NCBI GenBank assembly: GCA_965232515.1
Contig: CBDDPY010000002.1
Coordinates: 352,001-416,000, forward strand
Reading direction: 5' to 3'
Length of the DNA: 64,000 nt
Source of the DNA: Alphaproteobacteria bacterium
Lineage (GTDB): Bacteria > Pseudomonadota > Alphaproteobacteria > GCA-2731375
The translations under genes and the position numbers were made by a program. How positions within the stretch are numbered: position 1 is the stretch's first letter; the number at the start of each line of letters is the position of its first letter. The notes under the pieces were generated by a model that saw only the letters and a list, made by a program, of their open reading frames with translations, made no database searches and was not told where the DNA came from. Below, in pieces: positions 49,999 to 59,679 of the stretch.

Positions 49999-50305
49999 GA
50001 TTCCTCCCGTCGGCGATGCGTCAAGTTAACATAGGTACGACGTTCGCGTCGTCGATTGGGAATCCGCTTATATGCGAATCTGTCGGCGCACAATCAACCC
50101 CTTGTACAACCGAATTTGTCGTCCGATCGGTCGGACGATTTGCCACCGGCCCTGAGACCGCAACAGACGAAAGCGCCGCTCGCCGATGATCGCCGTCGCG
50201 CCCAAACCTGCGCCGTTCCTGGCTCAACGGCGAATTGCCGGCCCGCGTTGCGGCCTTCTGGCCCGCCGCACGATGGCCGGATGGCCTCGTACAACCGGCC
50301 CGATG

Positions 50306-50334
50306 TTGACAGGCCAAAGGCAAGTTCCTAGCCT
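50306..50334 (+). promoter_or_regulatory. Putative sigma-70 promoter for the cytochrome operon
   Basis: TTGACA-N17-TAGCCT about 125 bp upstream of the first gene. Confidence 0.55.
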
Positions 50335-50457
50335 CGATCAAGGTGTTGGGGCGTCTACTGACAGGTGGGGCTCTTCCAACAGTGTTCGGCGATCCGCGGG
50401 CAAACCGACGGGATCGTGTTTCCGGCCTGCGGGTCGGGATCTGTAAGGAGGGGGGAG

Positions 50458-52845
50458 TTGACCGACCATTTCACGATCGCCGTGATCGGGTCAGGGCCCG
50501 CCGGGTTGAGTACGGCTGGCCGGGCGGCCGAGGTGGGGTTGTCGCACGTCCTGTACGAGCGCACCGACCACGCATCGGACACCATCTACAAGTACCAGAA
50601 GGGCAAGTATGTCATGGCGACGCCGGACATCCTGCCGCTTCGCAGCCCGTTCGATTTCGAGGCCGACGTGCGCGAGACCGTGCTGGGGACCTGGGACCGC
50701 CAGCTCGAGGAGTATGGCGTCAACATCGTCTACAACACCGAAGTAACCGGCATCAGCGGCAGCAAAGGCAATTTCGAAATCTCGCTGGCCAACGGCACCA
50801 AGGCCACGGCCGAGAATGTCGTCCTGTCGATCGGCCTGCAGGGCAACCTGCGACGGCTCGAAGTACCGGGCGCGGCCGAAGCGACCCATGTGCAATACCA
50901 GCTCGATGATCCGGACGAATACGAGGACGAGACCATCGTCGTTATCGGCGCCGGTGACGCGGCGATCGAGAACGCGGTCGCGCTGTCGAAGCAGAACAAC
51001 GTCATCATCGTCAATCGGCGCGACGAGTTCGCTCGGGCCAAGCAGGGCAACCTGATCCTAATCACCCAGGCGATCGAGAACGGCGACATCCAGTGTTACT
51101 ACAGCGCCTCGCCGGTCTCCGTGGCGCCGAAGTCGATCACGCTGCGCACGCCGGACGGCGACGCCGAGGTTGCCTGTGACCGGATCATCGCCCGGCTCGG
51201 CGCGATCCCGCCGCGCAAGTTCGTCGAATCCTGCGGCATCGAGTTTCCGAACGACAACCCGGCGTCGCTGCCGGAAGTGTCGAAGCACTACGAATCGAAC
51301 GTTCCCGGCCTCTACATCATCGGCGCGCTCGGCGGCTTCCCTCTGATCAAGCAGGCGATGAACCAGGGCTACGAGGTCGTTGAATTCATTCAGGGAAATA
51401 CCGACCTCAAGCCGGCCGACGAGCCGCTGCTGGAAGAAAAGCTGACGCACCTGTCGGGCGTCAGCGTCGACGACTTCCTGCAGTCCGTGCGTGAGAATGT
51501 GCCGTTGTTCGCCGAGCTCAACCCGCTGCTGTTGCGCGAGCTCATGCTGGACAGCGAGGTGCACCGGCCAAAGGCGGGCGAGGTCATCTTCGAGCGCAAC
51601 GACTACACCAACAGCTTTTTCACCATCGTTGACGGCGAGGTGGACATCCAGGTCGATCCTGACGATCCCAGCCAGGTGGTGACGCTGAAGCGCGGCGAGT
51701 TCTTCGGCGAGATGGGCCTGATATCCGGCCGCCGGCGCGCGGCCACGGTGGTTGCGCGCAGCGAATGTACGCTGTTCGAAAGCAACCGCCGGACCATGAT
51801 CAAGCTGGTCAACTCGGTCGAGGAAGTGAAGCGGGTACTGGATCAGACCGCGATCGTCCGCCAGATCCAGACCTATCTGGCGCCCGACCTGTCGACCGAG
51901 GACCTGAGCGATGTCGTCGCCTCGGCCTCGCTGCACAGCCTGAAAGAGGGCGAGCAGCTGTTCCAGGAGGGTGAGACCGGTGACGCCGTTCATCTGATCC
52001 GCCGTGGCTCGGTGACGGTGTCCAGGCGCATCGGCGGGCGCGAGATCGTCTTGTCCTATGTCGCCGCCGGCAACTATATCGGTGAGATGGCGCTGCTGTC
52101 GGATGCGCCGAGGTCGGCGACGGTGCGTGCGGCGATCAACGGCACCGAAACCATCCGTATCGAAGGCGAGGCCTTCAAGACGCTGATGGATCGGGCGCCG
52201 GAGCTGCGCCGCGAAATCGATCAAAAGTTCCGCGACCGGATCGCCGACAACGAACGAATGGCGAGCGCGCCCGAAGCCGGCAGCATTATCCAGTTCCTCG
52301 TCGAGCAGGGCGTTGGCGAGGCGACCGACATCCTGCTGATCGATGAAGCGCTGTGCGTGCGTTGCGATAACTGCGAGAAGGCCTGCGCCGAAACCCATGG
52401 CGGCATCTCCCGTCTCGACCGCGAGGCCGGACCGACCTTCGCCAACGTCCACGTCCCGACCTCGTGCCGGCACTGTGAGCATCCGCATTGCATGGCCGAC
52501 TGTCCGCCGGACGCGCTGCATCGCGACAGCAACGGCGAAGTCTGGATCGACGATTCCTGCATCGGCTGTGGCAACTGCGAGCGGAACTGCCCCTACGGCG
52601 TGATCCACCTGGCGGCCAAGCCGCCGAAGAAGCCAGGCCTGCTCAACTGGCTGCTCTGGGGTGCGGGACCGGGGCCTGGCGAAGACAAGACGGCGAAGGG
52701 CGAAGGTTCCAAGCTGGCCGTGAAATGCGACATGTGCAAGGACATCAAGGGCGGTGCGGCCTGCGTGCGGGCCTGTCCGACCGGTGCGGCGATCCGCGTC
52801 AGTCCCGAGGAGTTCCTTGACCTTGCGGCCCTGGCGCAGCGCTAG
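50458..52845 (+). CDS. FAD/NAD(P)H oxidoreductase fused to two cNMP-binding domains and a 4x[4Fe-4S] ferredoxin domain
   Basis: IGSGPAG and IGAGDAA Rossmann motifs; FFGEMGL...RRAATV and YIGEMAL...PRSATV; CVRCDNCEKAC, CRHCEHPHCMADCP, CIGCGNCERNCP, CDMC...CVRACP; TTG start after AGGAGG. Confidence 0.88.
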   Translation: MTDHFTIAVIGSGPAGLSTAGRAAEVGLSHVLYERTDHASDTIYKYQKGKYVMATPDILPLRSPFDFEADVRETVLGTWDRQLEEYGVNIVYNTEVTGISGSKGNFEISLANGTKATAENVVLSIGLQGNLRRLEVPGAAEATHVQYQLDDPDEYEDETIVVIGAGDAAIENAVALSKQNNVIIVNRRDEFARAKQGNLILITQAIENGDIQCYYSASPVSVAPKSITLRTPDGDAEVACDRIIARLGAIPPRKFVESCGIEFPNDNPASLPEVSKHYESNVPGLYIIGALGGFPLIKQAMNQGYEVVEFIQGNTDLKPADEPLLEEKLTHLSGVSVDDFLQSVRENVPLFAELNPLLLRELMLDSEVHRPKAGEVIFERNDYTNSFFTIVDGEVDIQVDPDDPSQVVTLKRGEFFGEMGLISGRRRAATVVARSECTLFESNRRTMIKLVNSVEEVKRVLDQTAIVRQIQTYLAPDLSTEDLSDVVASASLHSLKEGEQLFQEGETGDAVHLIRRGSVTVSRRIGGREIVLSYVAAGNYIGEMALLSDAPRSATVRAAINGTETIRIEGEAFKTLMDRAPELRREIDQKFRDRIADNERMASAPEAGSIIQFLVEQGVGEATDILLIDEALCVRCDNCEKACAETHGGISRLDREAGPTFANVHVPTSCRHCEHPHCMADCPPDALHRDSNGEVWIDDSCIGCGNCERNCPYGVIHLAAKPPKKPGLLNWLLWGAGPGPGEDKTAKGEGSKLAVKCDMCKDIKGGAACVRACPTGAAIRVSPEEFLDLAALAQR

Positions 52846-52909
52846 GCATGTGCAATAGCCCGACAATGTGCCCGCGCGGCAAACGCAGAACCAAGAAGTA
52901 GGCGAGGGT

Positions 52910-53740
52910 ATGCACGAATCCATCCTGGTGTATCGGCGGTTTCGGTTCCTGAAATGGGCGCTGCTTCTCATGGTCGTGGCCGTTGTCGCCTACGCCGTCG
53001 ACCAGCCCCTCGGCGTGCCGAATGGCGGCACCTGGCTAGGCTACACGCTGGGTACGATCGCGGCCCTGCTGATCGTTTGGCTGACCTGGTTCGGCGTCCG
53101 CAAGCGACGCTACAACCTCGGTCCGACGAAACTCGAGGCCTGGCTGTCGGCGCACGTCTATCTCGGCCTGACCCTGATCATCGTCGCGACGCTGCATACC
53201 GGTTTCCAGTTTGGCTGGAACGTCCACACGCTTGCCTACACGCTGATGATGCTCGTCATCCTGAGCGGTATTTTCGGCGTCTACGCCTACATGCGCTATC
53301 CGGCGCTGATGACCGAAAACCGCCGCGGTCAGACGCTGAACGAAATGCTGGCCCAGATCGCAGAGATCGATGCTGAATGCCGAGACGCTGCGCTGGGGCT
53401 TGGCGATGAGATCAGCAGCGCCGTCCTCAATGCCGCGCAAAACACGCGGATCGGCGGCGGCATGCGCCGACAGCTCTCGGGTCACGATCCGGCCTGCGCC
53501 ACGACGGCCGCCCGCCAGACCGTGCAGGGATTGGCCGAGAGCGCGGAAGCCGGCCAGGCTGAAAGCACCCGTCGGCTGATTTCGCTGTTGTTGCGTAAGG
53601 AGGAGTTGCTGCGCCGCGCGCGTCGTGACGTTCAGTTCAAGGCGTTGATGGATATCTGGTTGTATGTACACGTGCCACTGACGATCGCGCTGATCGCGTC
53701 GTTGGTCGCGCACATCCTTTCCGTCTTCTTCTACTGGTAG
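52910..53740 (+). CDS. Polytopic membrane protein with putative haem-b His ligands
   Basis: Multiple TM helices; two His pairs in TM segments (WLSAHVYLG...TLHTG and WLYVHVPL...VAHIL). Confidence 0.75.
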   Translation: MHESILVYRRFRFLKWALLLMVVAVVAYAVDQPLGVPNGGTWLGYTLGTIAALLIVWLTWFGVRKRRYNLGPTKLEAWLSAHVYLGLTLIIVATLHTGFQFGWNVHTLAYTLMMLVILSGIFGVYAYMRYPALMTENRRGQTLNEMLAQIAEIDAECRDAALGLGDEISSAVLNAAQNTRIGGGMRRQLSGHDPACATTAARQTVQGLAESAEAGQAESTRRLISLLLRKEELLRRARRDVQFKALMDIWLYVHVPLTIALIASLVAHILSVFFYW

Positions 53741-53748
53741 GACCGGCC

Positions 53749-55461
53749 GTGCAAAGTCTGGTTTCGCACCTCACCCGAAAGGCCCGCGGCGGCTACGTCC
53801 ACCGCGATCTCGAGGTCACGTCGGAAATCATCCGGCTCGGCCGCGGCGCCGACAGCGAAGTGTATCTTCCCGACCCCCGCGTGCCGCTGCATGCCGCCGA
53901 GATCCACAGCCAGCCGGGCGGCTACTTCATCCAGGTCGTCGGGCCGGCCAGCCTGCGGGTCAACGGCGCCGTGACCAACAGCGCGCAGTTGAAAGCCGGC
54001 GACAAGGTGGCGTTGGGGCCCTACGACATCGAGATCGTGGCGCCGCCCGCGGGCAAGGATTTCGGACTGACGGTCGAACTGGTCCGCCCGCTTGGCGACG
54101 ATCTCGAGCAGCTGCGCAGCCGCAGCCGCCTTGAGCTATCCGAGACCTGGCTGACCCGCCGCCGCATGGCCTGGCTGCTGGCGGTGATCGTGCTGGCGCT
54201 GTTCCTGGCCATGCCGCTCGCCGGCTTCTTCATGACCCCGCCCGAGGCGCGGCAGAATTTCGTCGAGGCCGAGCCCGACACCGGACCGCTGGCCACCGCC
54301 GATCAGGTTTGGCTCAGCGGCGAGATGTCGGGACCCCACAAGTTTTTCGGCGCGGCCTGCGAGGCCTGCCATCAGCAGCCGTTCGTGCAGGTGCGCGACG
54401 ACACTTGCCTGTCCTGCCATACCGACATCGAGCATCATGCCGAGCCGATGCGGTTCGAGAACGCGGCCGGCGGCGACGTGCCGGCCTGCCAGAGCTGCCA
54501 CAAGGAGCACAACGGCAACGAGGCTATCGTGCTCAACGATCAGGCCTTCTGCAGCAGCTGCCACGCGGATCTCGACAAACGCCTGAACGACGCGGCCCTG
54601 CTGAACGTCTCGGACTTCACCGCAAACCATCCGCAGTTCCGGCCGACCGTCGTCGTCGTGCACGAGACCGGCAAGATGCAGCGCATCTCCTTGTCGGAGA
54701 AGGACAAGCTGGTCGAGCAGTCCGGCATCAAGTTCCCGCACGACAAGCACCTGGTGACCGAGAACGGCGGCATCCGCGCGCCAGAGGGCCGGCGGGTTCT
54801 CGGCTGCAACGACTGCCACGTGGTCGAGCCGGGCGGGCAGGGCCTGCTGCCGATTCGCATGCTGGAGCACTGTCAGGAGTGTCACCAGCTCACCTTCGAC
54901 AAGTCGGCGCCGAAGCGTGTGGTGCCGCACGGTAAGCCGAAGGAGGTGCAGGAGATCCTGAAGGACTTCTACGCCAAGGCGGCGCTGCAGGGTGGCTTCG
55001 ACGACCCCTCGGCGCCGGCGGTCGTGCGCCGGCTGCCGGGCACCCCGTTGCCGCCGGCGGCGGCGAATGACGCGCTGGCCTGGGCCGCGCAGCGGGCCGA
55101 TCAGGCGATATCCATGACCTTCGGCAAGCGGATTTGCGGCACCTGTCACAAAGTCCTGCAGGACCCCAATGGTATTTGGGACGTGATCAAACCGCAGATC
55201 GCGGATCGTTGGATGCCGAAGGGGATCTTCCATCACGCCAGCCACGAAACCATGAAATGCGGCGACTGCCACGAGGCGGCGAAGTCCAAGGTCAGCACCG
55301 ACATCCTGCTGCCTGGTATCGAGAGCTGTCAGGAATGCCACGGTAGCGAGATGGCGACGGACAAAGTCCCCTCGACCTGCATCATGTGCCACCAGTTCCA
55401 CATCGAGGGACAGCCGCGCATGGCGGGCGAGCCGGCCACGGCCGCGATGAAGCAGAATTGA
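53749..55461 (+). CDS. FHA-like domain + TM helix + decahaem cytochrome c
   Basis: IRLGRG...LRVNG...LKAGDKVALG FHA-like domain; TM; ten CxxCH (CEACH, CLSCH, CQSCH, CSSCH, CNDCH, CQECH, CGTCH, CGDCH, CQECH, CIMCH). Confidence 0.88.
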   Translation: MQSLVSHLTRKARGGYVHRDLEVTSEIIRLGRGADSEVYLPDPRVPLHAAEIHSQPGGYFIQVVGPASLRVNGAVTNSAQLKAGDKVALGPYDIEIVAPPAGKDFGLTVELVRPLGDDLEQLRSRSRLELSETWLTRRRMAWLLAVIVLALFLAMPLAGFFMTPPEARQNFVEAEPDTGPLATADQVWLSGEMSGPHKFFGAACEACHQQPFVQVRDDTCLSCHTDIEHHAEPMRFENAAGGDVPACQSCHKEHNGNEAIVLNDQAFCSSCHADLDKRLNDAALLNVSDFTANHPQFRPTVVVVHETGKMQRISLSEKDKLVEQSGIKFPHDKHLVTENGGIRAPEGRRVLGCNDCHVVEPGGQGLLPIRMLEHCQECHQLTFDKSAPKRVVPHGKPKEVQEILKDFYAKAALQGGFDDPSAPAVVRRLPGTPLPPAAANDALAWAAQRADQAISMTFGKRICGTCHKVLQDPNGIWDVIKPQIADRWMPKGIFHHASHETMKCGDCHEAAKSKVSTDILLPGIESCQECHGSEMATDKVPSTCIMCHQFHIEGQPRMAGEPATAAMKQN

Positions 55462-55529
55462 AGATTGGTCGCAGCCGGGGTTTATGGTTAATCTTTAAAA
55501 AACAGGGTGGTCCAGGGGGGCTTTGGTTG

Positions 55530-55970
55530 ATGCGTAATTGGGGTGGCAGGCAGGCGTTCCTGACGGCGGTGTTCACACTGTCGTTCGCTGCCGGTGCTGC
55601 CGCGGCCGAGAAGCTGACGGTGGCAGGTGCCGCCCTCGCCGACGTGACCGTCAATCCGGCGACCGTCGCAACCACGGGCATCAGCCGCACCATCGAACTG
55701 TCGGGCGACGCCCCGGCGGCAACCTTCGTGACCGCACACCTGCCGGACGGCAAGCATCTCCAACGCAGTAATCTGGGCTACTGGCTGCCCTGGGACGGCG
55801 ATGTCGACAGCCTGATCGACAACCGGCTGCCGCTGAACGGCGATGGCACCGTCACCTTCAAGGTGGTCAAGGAAGACCTCTCCGACAAGATGTTCCCGAT
55901 CGCCGTCACGCTGGCCTACACCGTCGGCGAGCAGGTCAAGTTCGGCGTATTTCAGATCCTGCCGCAATGA
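55530..55970 (+). CDS. Small secreted beta-rich hypothetical protein
   Basis: Signal peptide (AFLTAVFTLSFAAGAAAA-E), GC3-rich codons, ATGA coupling to the next gene. Confidence 0.7.
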   Translation: MRNWGGRQAFLTAVFTLSFAAGAAAAEKLTVAGAALADVTVNPATVATTGISRTIELSGDAPAATFVTAHLPDGKHLQRSNLGYWLPWDGDVDSLIDNRLPLNGDGTVTFKVVKEDLSDKMFPIAVTLAYTVGEQVKFGVFQILPQ

Positions 55971-57823
55971 CGATGACGATACCCAAAACGATCAAGCTTC
56001 TCGCCGCCACCTCGATTGCCGCCTGTCTGAGCGTCGCCGCGTCGGCGCAGGAGGCGCTGACCACGGACGAGGTTGGCACCATCATCGCGCAGGCGGCCAT
56101 GGAGGCGCAGACGCGCGGCCGGCCGGCGACGATCGCCGTGGTCGACCGCGTCGGCAACGTCCTGGGCGTCTTCACCATGACCGGCGCGCCTGCGACGGCG
56201 CTGGTGTCGACCTTCCGCGGAGTCACCTCGGGGCTCGAGGGCGCCAACGTGCCGTCGACGACGGCGGCCATCGCCAAGGCCGTTACCGGCGCTTATCTGT
56301 CGTCCGGCGGCAATGCCTTCTCGACCCGAACGGCCAACCAGATCGTGCAGGAATCGTTCAACCCGGGCGAGTCGAGCCAGCCCAGCGGCCCGTTGTTCGG
56401 CGTGCAGTTCAGCCAGCTGCCATGCTCGGACTTCAACACCCGCTTCGCGCCGATGACGGCGAACGCGCTGATCGGGCCGAAGCGCTCGCCGCTCGGCATG
56501 TCGGCCGATCCGGGCGGACTGCCGCTCTACAAGAACAACGTGCCCGTCGGCGGCATCGGCGTCCTGTCCGACGGTATCTACGGCATCGACCGCAACATCC
56601 TCGACATCGACAACGATGACGACGAGCTGATCGCGGTGGCCGGCACCTTCGGTTTCGATCCGCCGGCCGATATCCGGGCCGAGCGCATCACGGTCGAGGG
56701 TAAGACCCTGCGGTTCACCGACCTCAGCTTTGAATCGCTGCAGTCGGACCCGAACAGCGCCCCGTCCTTTGCCGCCGTGAACGGCACGCTCGGCAGCCTG
56801 ACGGCGGTTAACGGCTACACCGCGGCGGCGCTGTCGGCCGGCGTCGCCTACGGCACGGCCGCCTCCGGCGTGCGGCCCGACAACGAGGGCGTCTATTCGG
56901 CCATCATGCAGCCGTTCGTGTTCGTCGACGGTACCGATACGAACCGGTTCCCACCGCGCGCCGGCAGCGACGGCATTCTGACCGCCGCCGAGGTCACCGA
57001 TCTCGTCAATCAGGCGCTTAACATCGCCTTCCGCGGCCGTGCGCAGATCCGCCGCCCGTTGAACAGCTTCATCCAGGTAACGATCTCGGTCGTCGATACC
57101 AACGGCGTGATCCTGGCCATGGCCCGGACGCCGGACGGTCCGATGTTCGGCAGCGACGTGTCGCTGCAAAAAGCCCGCACCGCGGCATTTTTCTCCAGCT
57201 TCTTCGCCGCCGCCGATCTGCGCCAGGGAGGCTTCGGCAGCTACGTGGACGCGACCAAGGCCTTCATCGGCCCGACCGCGCTCGAGGACGGCGTCGCCTT
57301 CGCCGACCGTTCCGGCGGCAACCTGTCGCGCCCGTATTATCCGGACGGCAACGTCAACAACCAGAACGGACCGTTAAGCCGGCCGTTCGGCGACTGGAGC
57401 CCGTTCTCGACCGGCCTGCAGCTCGACATGGTCGCCGGCAACATCGTCACCCATCTGGGCTTCGTCCAGAGCCTCAACGCCGATACGCCGGCGCGCTGCA
57501 CGCCGTTGCCGTTGCGGCTGGCCAGCGGCTCGAACGCCATTCCGAACGGTATTCAGATCTTCCCGGGCAGCGTGCCGGTGTTCAAGAACGGTGCTCTGGC
57601 CGGCGGTCTGGGCGTTTCCGGCGACGGCATCGACCAGGACGACATGATTTCGTTTCTCGGCACCCACAATGCCGGCGTGTCGCTGGCTTCCGGTGTCGGC
57701 AACGCGCCACAGGAAGTGCGGGCCGACCGGCTGACGCCGCAGGGGTCGCGGCTGCGCTACGTCAACTGCCCCTTCAAGCCGTTCATCGCGTCGAACGAGC
57801 AAAACGTCTGCAGCGGCAAATGA
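55967..57823 (+). CDS. Secreted protein with two GlcG/HbpS-like haem-binding domains
   Basis: ATIAVVDRVGNVL...AIAKAVTG...PGGLPLYKN...GGIGV and VTISVVDTNG...SLQKARTA...PGSVPVFKNG...GGLGVSGD. Confidence 0.82.
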   Translation: MTMTIPKTIKLLAATSIAACLSVAASAQEALTTDEVGTIIAQAAMEAQTRGRPATIAVVDRVGNVLGVFTMTGAPATALVSTFRGVTSGLEGANVPSTTAAIAKAVTGAYLSSGGNAFSTRTANQIVQESFNPGESSQPSGPLFGVQFSQLPCSDFNTRFAPMTANALIGPKRSPLGMSADPGGLPLYKNNVPVGGIGVLSDGIYGIDRNILDIDNDDDELIAVAGTFGFDPPADIRAERITVEGKTLRFTDLSFESLQSDPNSAPSFAAVNGTLGSLTAVNGYTAAALSAGVAYGTAASGVRPDNEGVYSAIMQPFVFVDGTDTNRFPPRAGSDGILTAAEVTDLVNQALNIAFRGRAQIRRPLNSFIQVTISVVDTNGVILAMARTPDGPMFGSDVSLQKARTAAFFSSFFAAADLRQGGFGSYVDATKAFIGPTALEDGVAFADRSGGNLSRPYYPDGNVNNQNGPLSRPFGDWSPFSTGLQLDMVAGNIVTHLGFVQSLNADTPARCTPLPLRLASGSNAIPNGIQIFPGSVPVFKNGALAGGLGVSGDGIDQDDMISFLGTHNAGVSLASGVGNAPQEVRADRLTPQGSRLRYVNCPFKPFIASNEQNVCSGK

Positions 57824-59670
57824 AAATGCGTATTCGTATCCTGTTGATGGCTTCCGTCCTGGCGTTGACGCCGTTCACCGTACAGGCCGGCAAGGAACGC
57901 ATCCTCGGCGTTTCGCCGCAATCCGGCTCCGGCTTTCAGGTGCGCCCCGGCGGCGGCGCCGGCTTCGCCGTGCCGGGCGACCGCACCCGTGTGGCGCAGC
58001 GCCGCGTGCCGGGCTCGCCGCCGCCCGGCGCGCCCGAGGACCTGCCGCCCATCGATCCGGACGCGGTGCCGCCGCCGGCGCCGAACCTGCCGCGCGAGTT
58101 CATCCCCATTCCGGACCGCTGGCGACTGATCGAGGCCGTCGGCGTTAACGAGAAATGGTGGGATCCCTATAACCAGAACACGCTGAAGGGCGACCGGCCG
58201 GTCTACAAGGACTGGTTCGTGAACCTGCTGGTGATTTCCGACACCGTGTTCGAGCCGCGCTCGTTCCCGACGCCGATCGCGCCGCAGACCAGCGAAGAGG
58301 CCGGCGATCTCGACGTCTTCGGCGACAACGATCAGATCCTGTTCAACGAAAACCTGATCGTCAGCCTGTCGATCATCAAGGGCAACACCGCCTACAAGCC
58401 GCCGGACTACGAGTTCCGCTTCACGCCGATTTTCAACTACAACCGCGTCGAGGCGGAAGAGAACCGGGTCCTGCTGATCGATCCCGATCGCGGCCGTACC
58501 CGTACCGACCGGCAGCTCGCCTGGCAGGAACTGTTCGTCGACTACCACATTCACAACGTCTCGGACCGCTACGACTTCGATTCGATCCGAGGCGGCATCC
58601 AGCCGTTTTCCAGCGACTTCCGCGGCTTCCTGTTCCAGGACAGCCAGCTCGGCGTGCGCCTTTTCGGCAGCCGCGACAACAACATCTTCCAGTACAATCT
58701 GGCCTGGTTCCGGCGGCTGGAGAAGGACACCAACAGCGGTCTGAACGACATCACCACGAGCGTCCGCGACGACGACATCTACGTGGCGAACCTCTACTGG
58801 CAGGACTTCCTGAAGCTGGGCTTCGTCAGTCAGATCACGGTGCTGCACAACCGCAACCGCGAGGACAACGCCACTTTCTTCAATCTCAACGGTTTCCTCG
58901 AGCGACCGGCGCCGATCGGCGAGGAACGGCCGCGCAACTACGACGTCACCTATATCGGCTATAACGGCGACGGCCGGCTGGGCCGCTTCAACCTGACGGC
59001 GTCGGCCTACTACGCCTTCGGCGAGGACAGTCGCAACAACTTCGCCAGCCTCGACGATTCCGACATCCGCGCCTGGTTCTTCGCCGCCGAGCCATCGATC
59101 GACTTCAGCTGGATCCGGCTGCGCGGCTCGTTCCTCTACGCCAGCGGCGACGACGACCCCTTCGACGACCGCGAGGAAGGCTTCGACGCGCCGTTCGAAA
59201 ATCCGCAGTTCGCCGGCGCCGACACCAGCTACTGGATCCGTCAGACCATTCCGCTGGTCGGCGGCGGCGGCCTGGCGCTGTCGCAGCGCAACGCCGTCTT
59301 GCCGTCGCTCAAGTCCTCGAAGGAGCACGGTCAGTCGAACTTCAACAATCCCGGACTCTGGCTGGTCGGCGTTGGCACTGATCTCGACCTGACGCCGGAG
59401 CTGCGGCTGTCGACCAACTTCAACTATCTGAGGTTCGACAACACGTCCAACCTCGAGTTCCTGCGCAATCAGGGCGATATCGACGAGTCGATCGGCTACG
59501 ACCTGTCGGCGGCGCTGATCTGGCGGCCGCTGTTCATCCAGAACATCGTGCTGCGGCTGTCCGGCGCGGTGCTGATCCCGGAGACCGGCTTCGACGATCT
59601 GTTCAAGGCCGAGGACGACAGCGAGGACATCTTCTATTCGGTCCTGGCCAACCTGGTGCTGACCTATTAG
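57820..59670 (+). CDS. Putative outer-membrane beta-barrel protein
   Basis: Signal peptide, Pro-rich N-terminal extension, alternating aromatic/Asn/Asp-rich strands, C-terminal ...NLVLTY. Confidence 0.72.
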   Translation: MKMRIRILLMASVLALTPFTVQAGKERILGVSPQSGSGFQVRPGGGAGFAVPGDRTRVAQRRVPGSPPPGAPEDLPPIDPDAVPPPAPNLPREFIPIPDRWRLIEAVGVNEKWWDPYNQNTLKGDRPVYKDWFVNLLVISDTVFEPRSFPTPIAPQTSEEAGDLDVFGDNDQILFNENLIVSLSIIKGNTAYKPPDYEFRFTPIFNYNRVEAEENRVLLIDPDRGRTRTDRQLAWQELFVDYHIHNVSDRYDFDSIRGGIQPFSSDFRGFLFQDSQLGVRLFGSRDNNIFQYNLAWFRRLEKDTNSGLNDITTSVRDDDIYVANLYWQDFLKLGFVSQITVLHNRNREDNATFFNLNGFLERPAPIGEERPRNYDVTYIGYNGDGRLGRFNLTASAYYAFGEDSRNNFASLDDSDIRAWFFAAEPSIDFSWIRLRGSFLYASGDDDPFDDREEGFDAPFENPQFAGADTSYWIRQTIPLVGGGGLALSQRNAVLPSLKSSKEHGQSNFNNPGLWLVGVGTDLDLTPELRLSTNFNYLRFDNTSNLEFLRNQGDIDESIGYDLSAALIWRPLFIQNIVLRLSGAVLIPETGFDDLFKAEDDSEDIFYSVLANLVLTY

Positions 59671-59679
59671 GGGCGCGAC

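Noticed and set aside
49993-50008. TGGCACG resembling a sigma-54 -24 element, as for a qrr-like sRNA beside luxO
   Set aside because: The -12 GC is missing (TGGCACGATTCCTCCC); the sequence is explained as the reverse complement of the regulator's RBS and GTG start.
55488-55498. TTAA...TTAA as a CtrA box
   Set aside because: Spacing is 3 nt, not the TTAA-N7-TTAA consensus.
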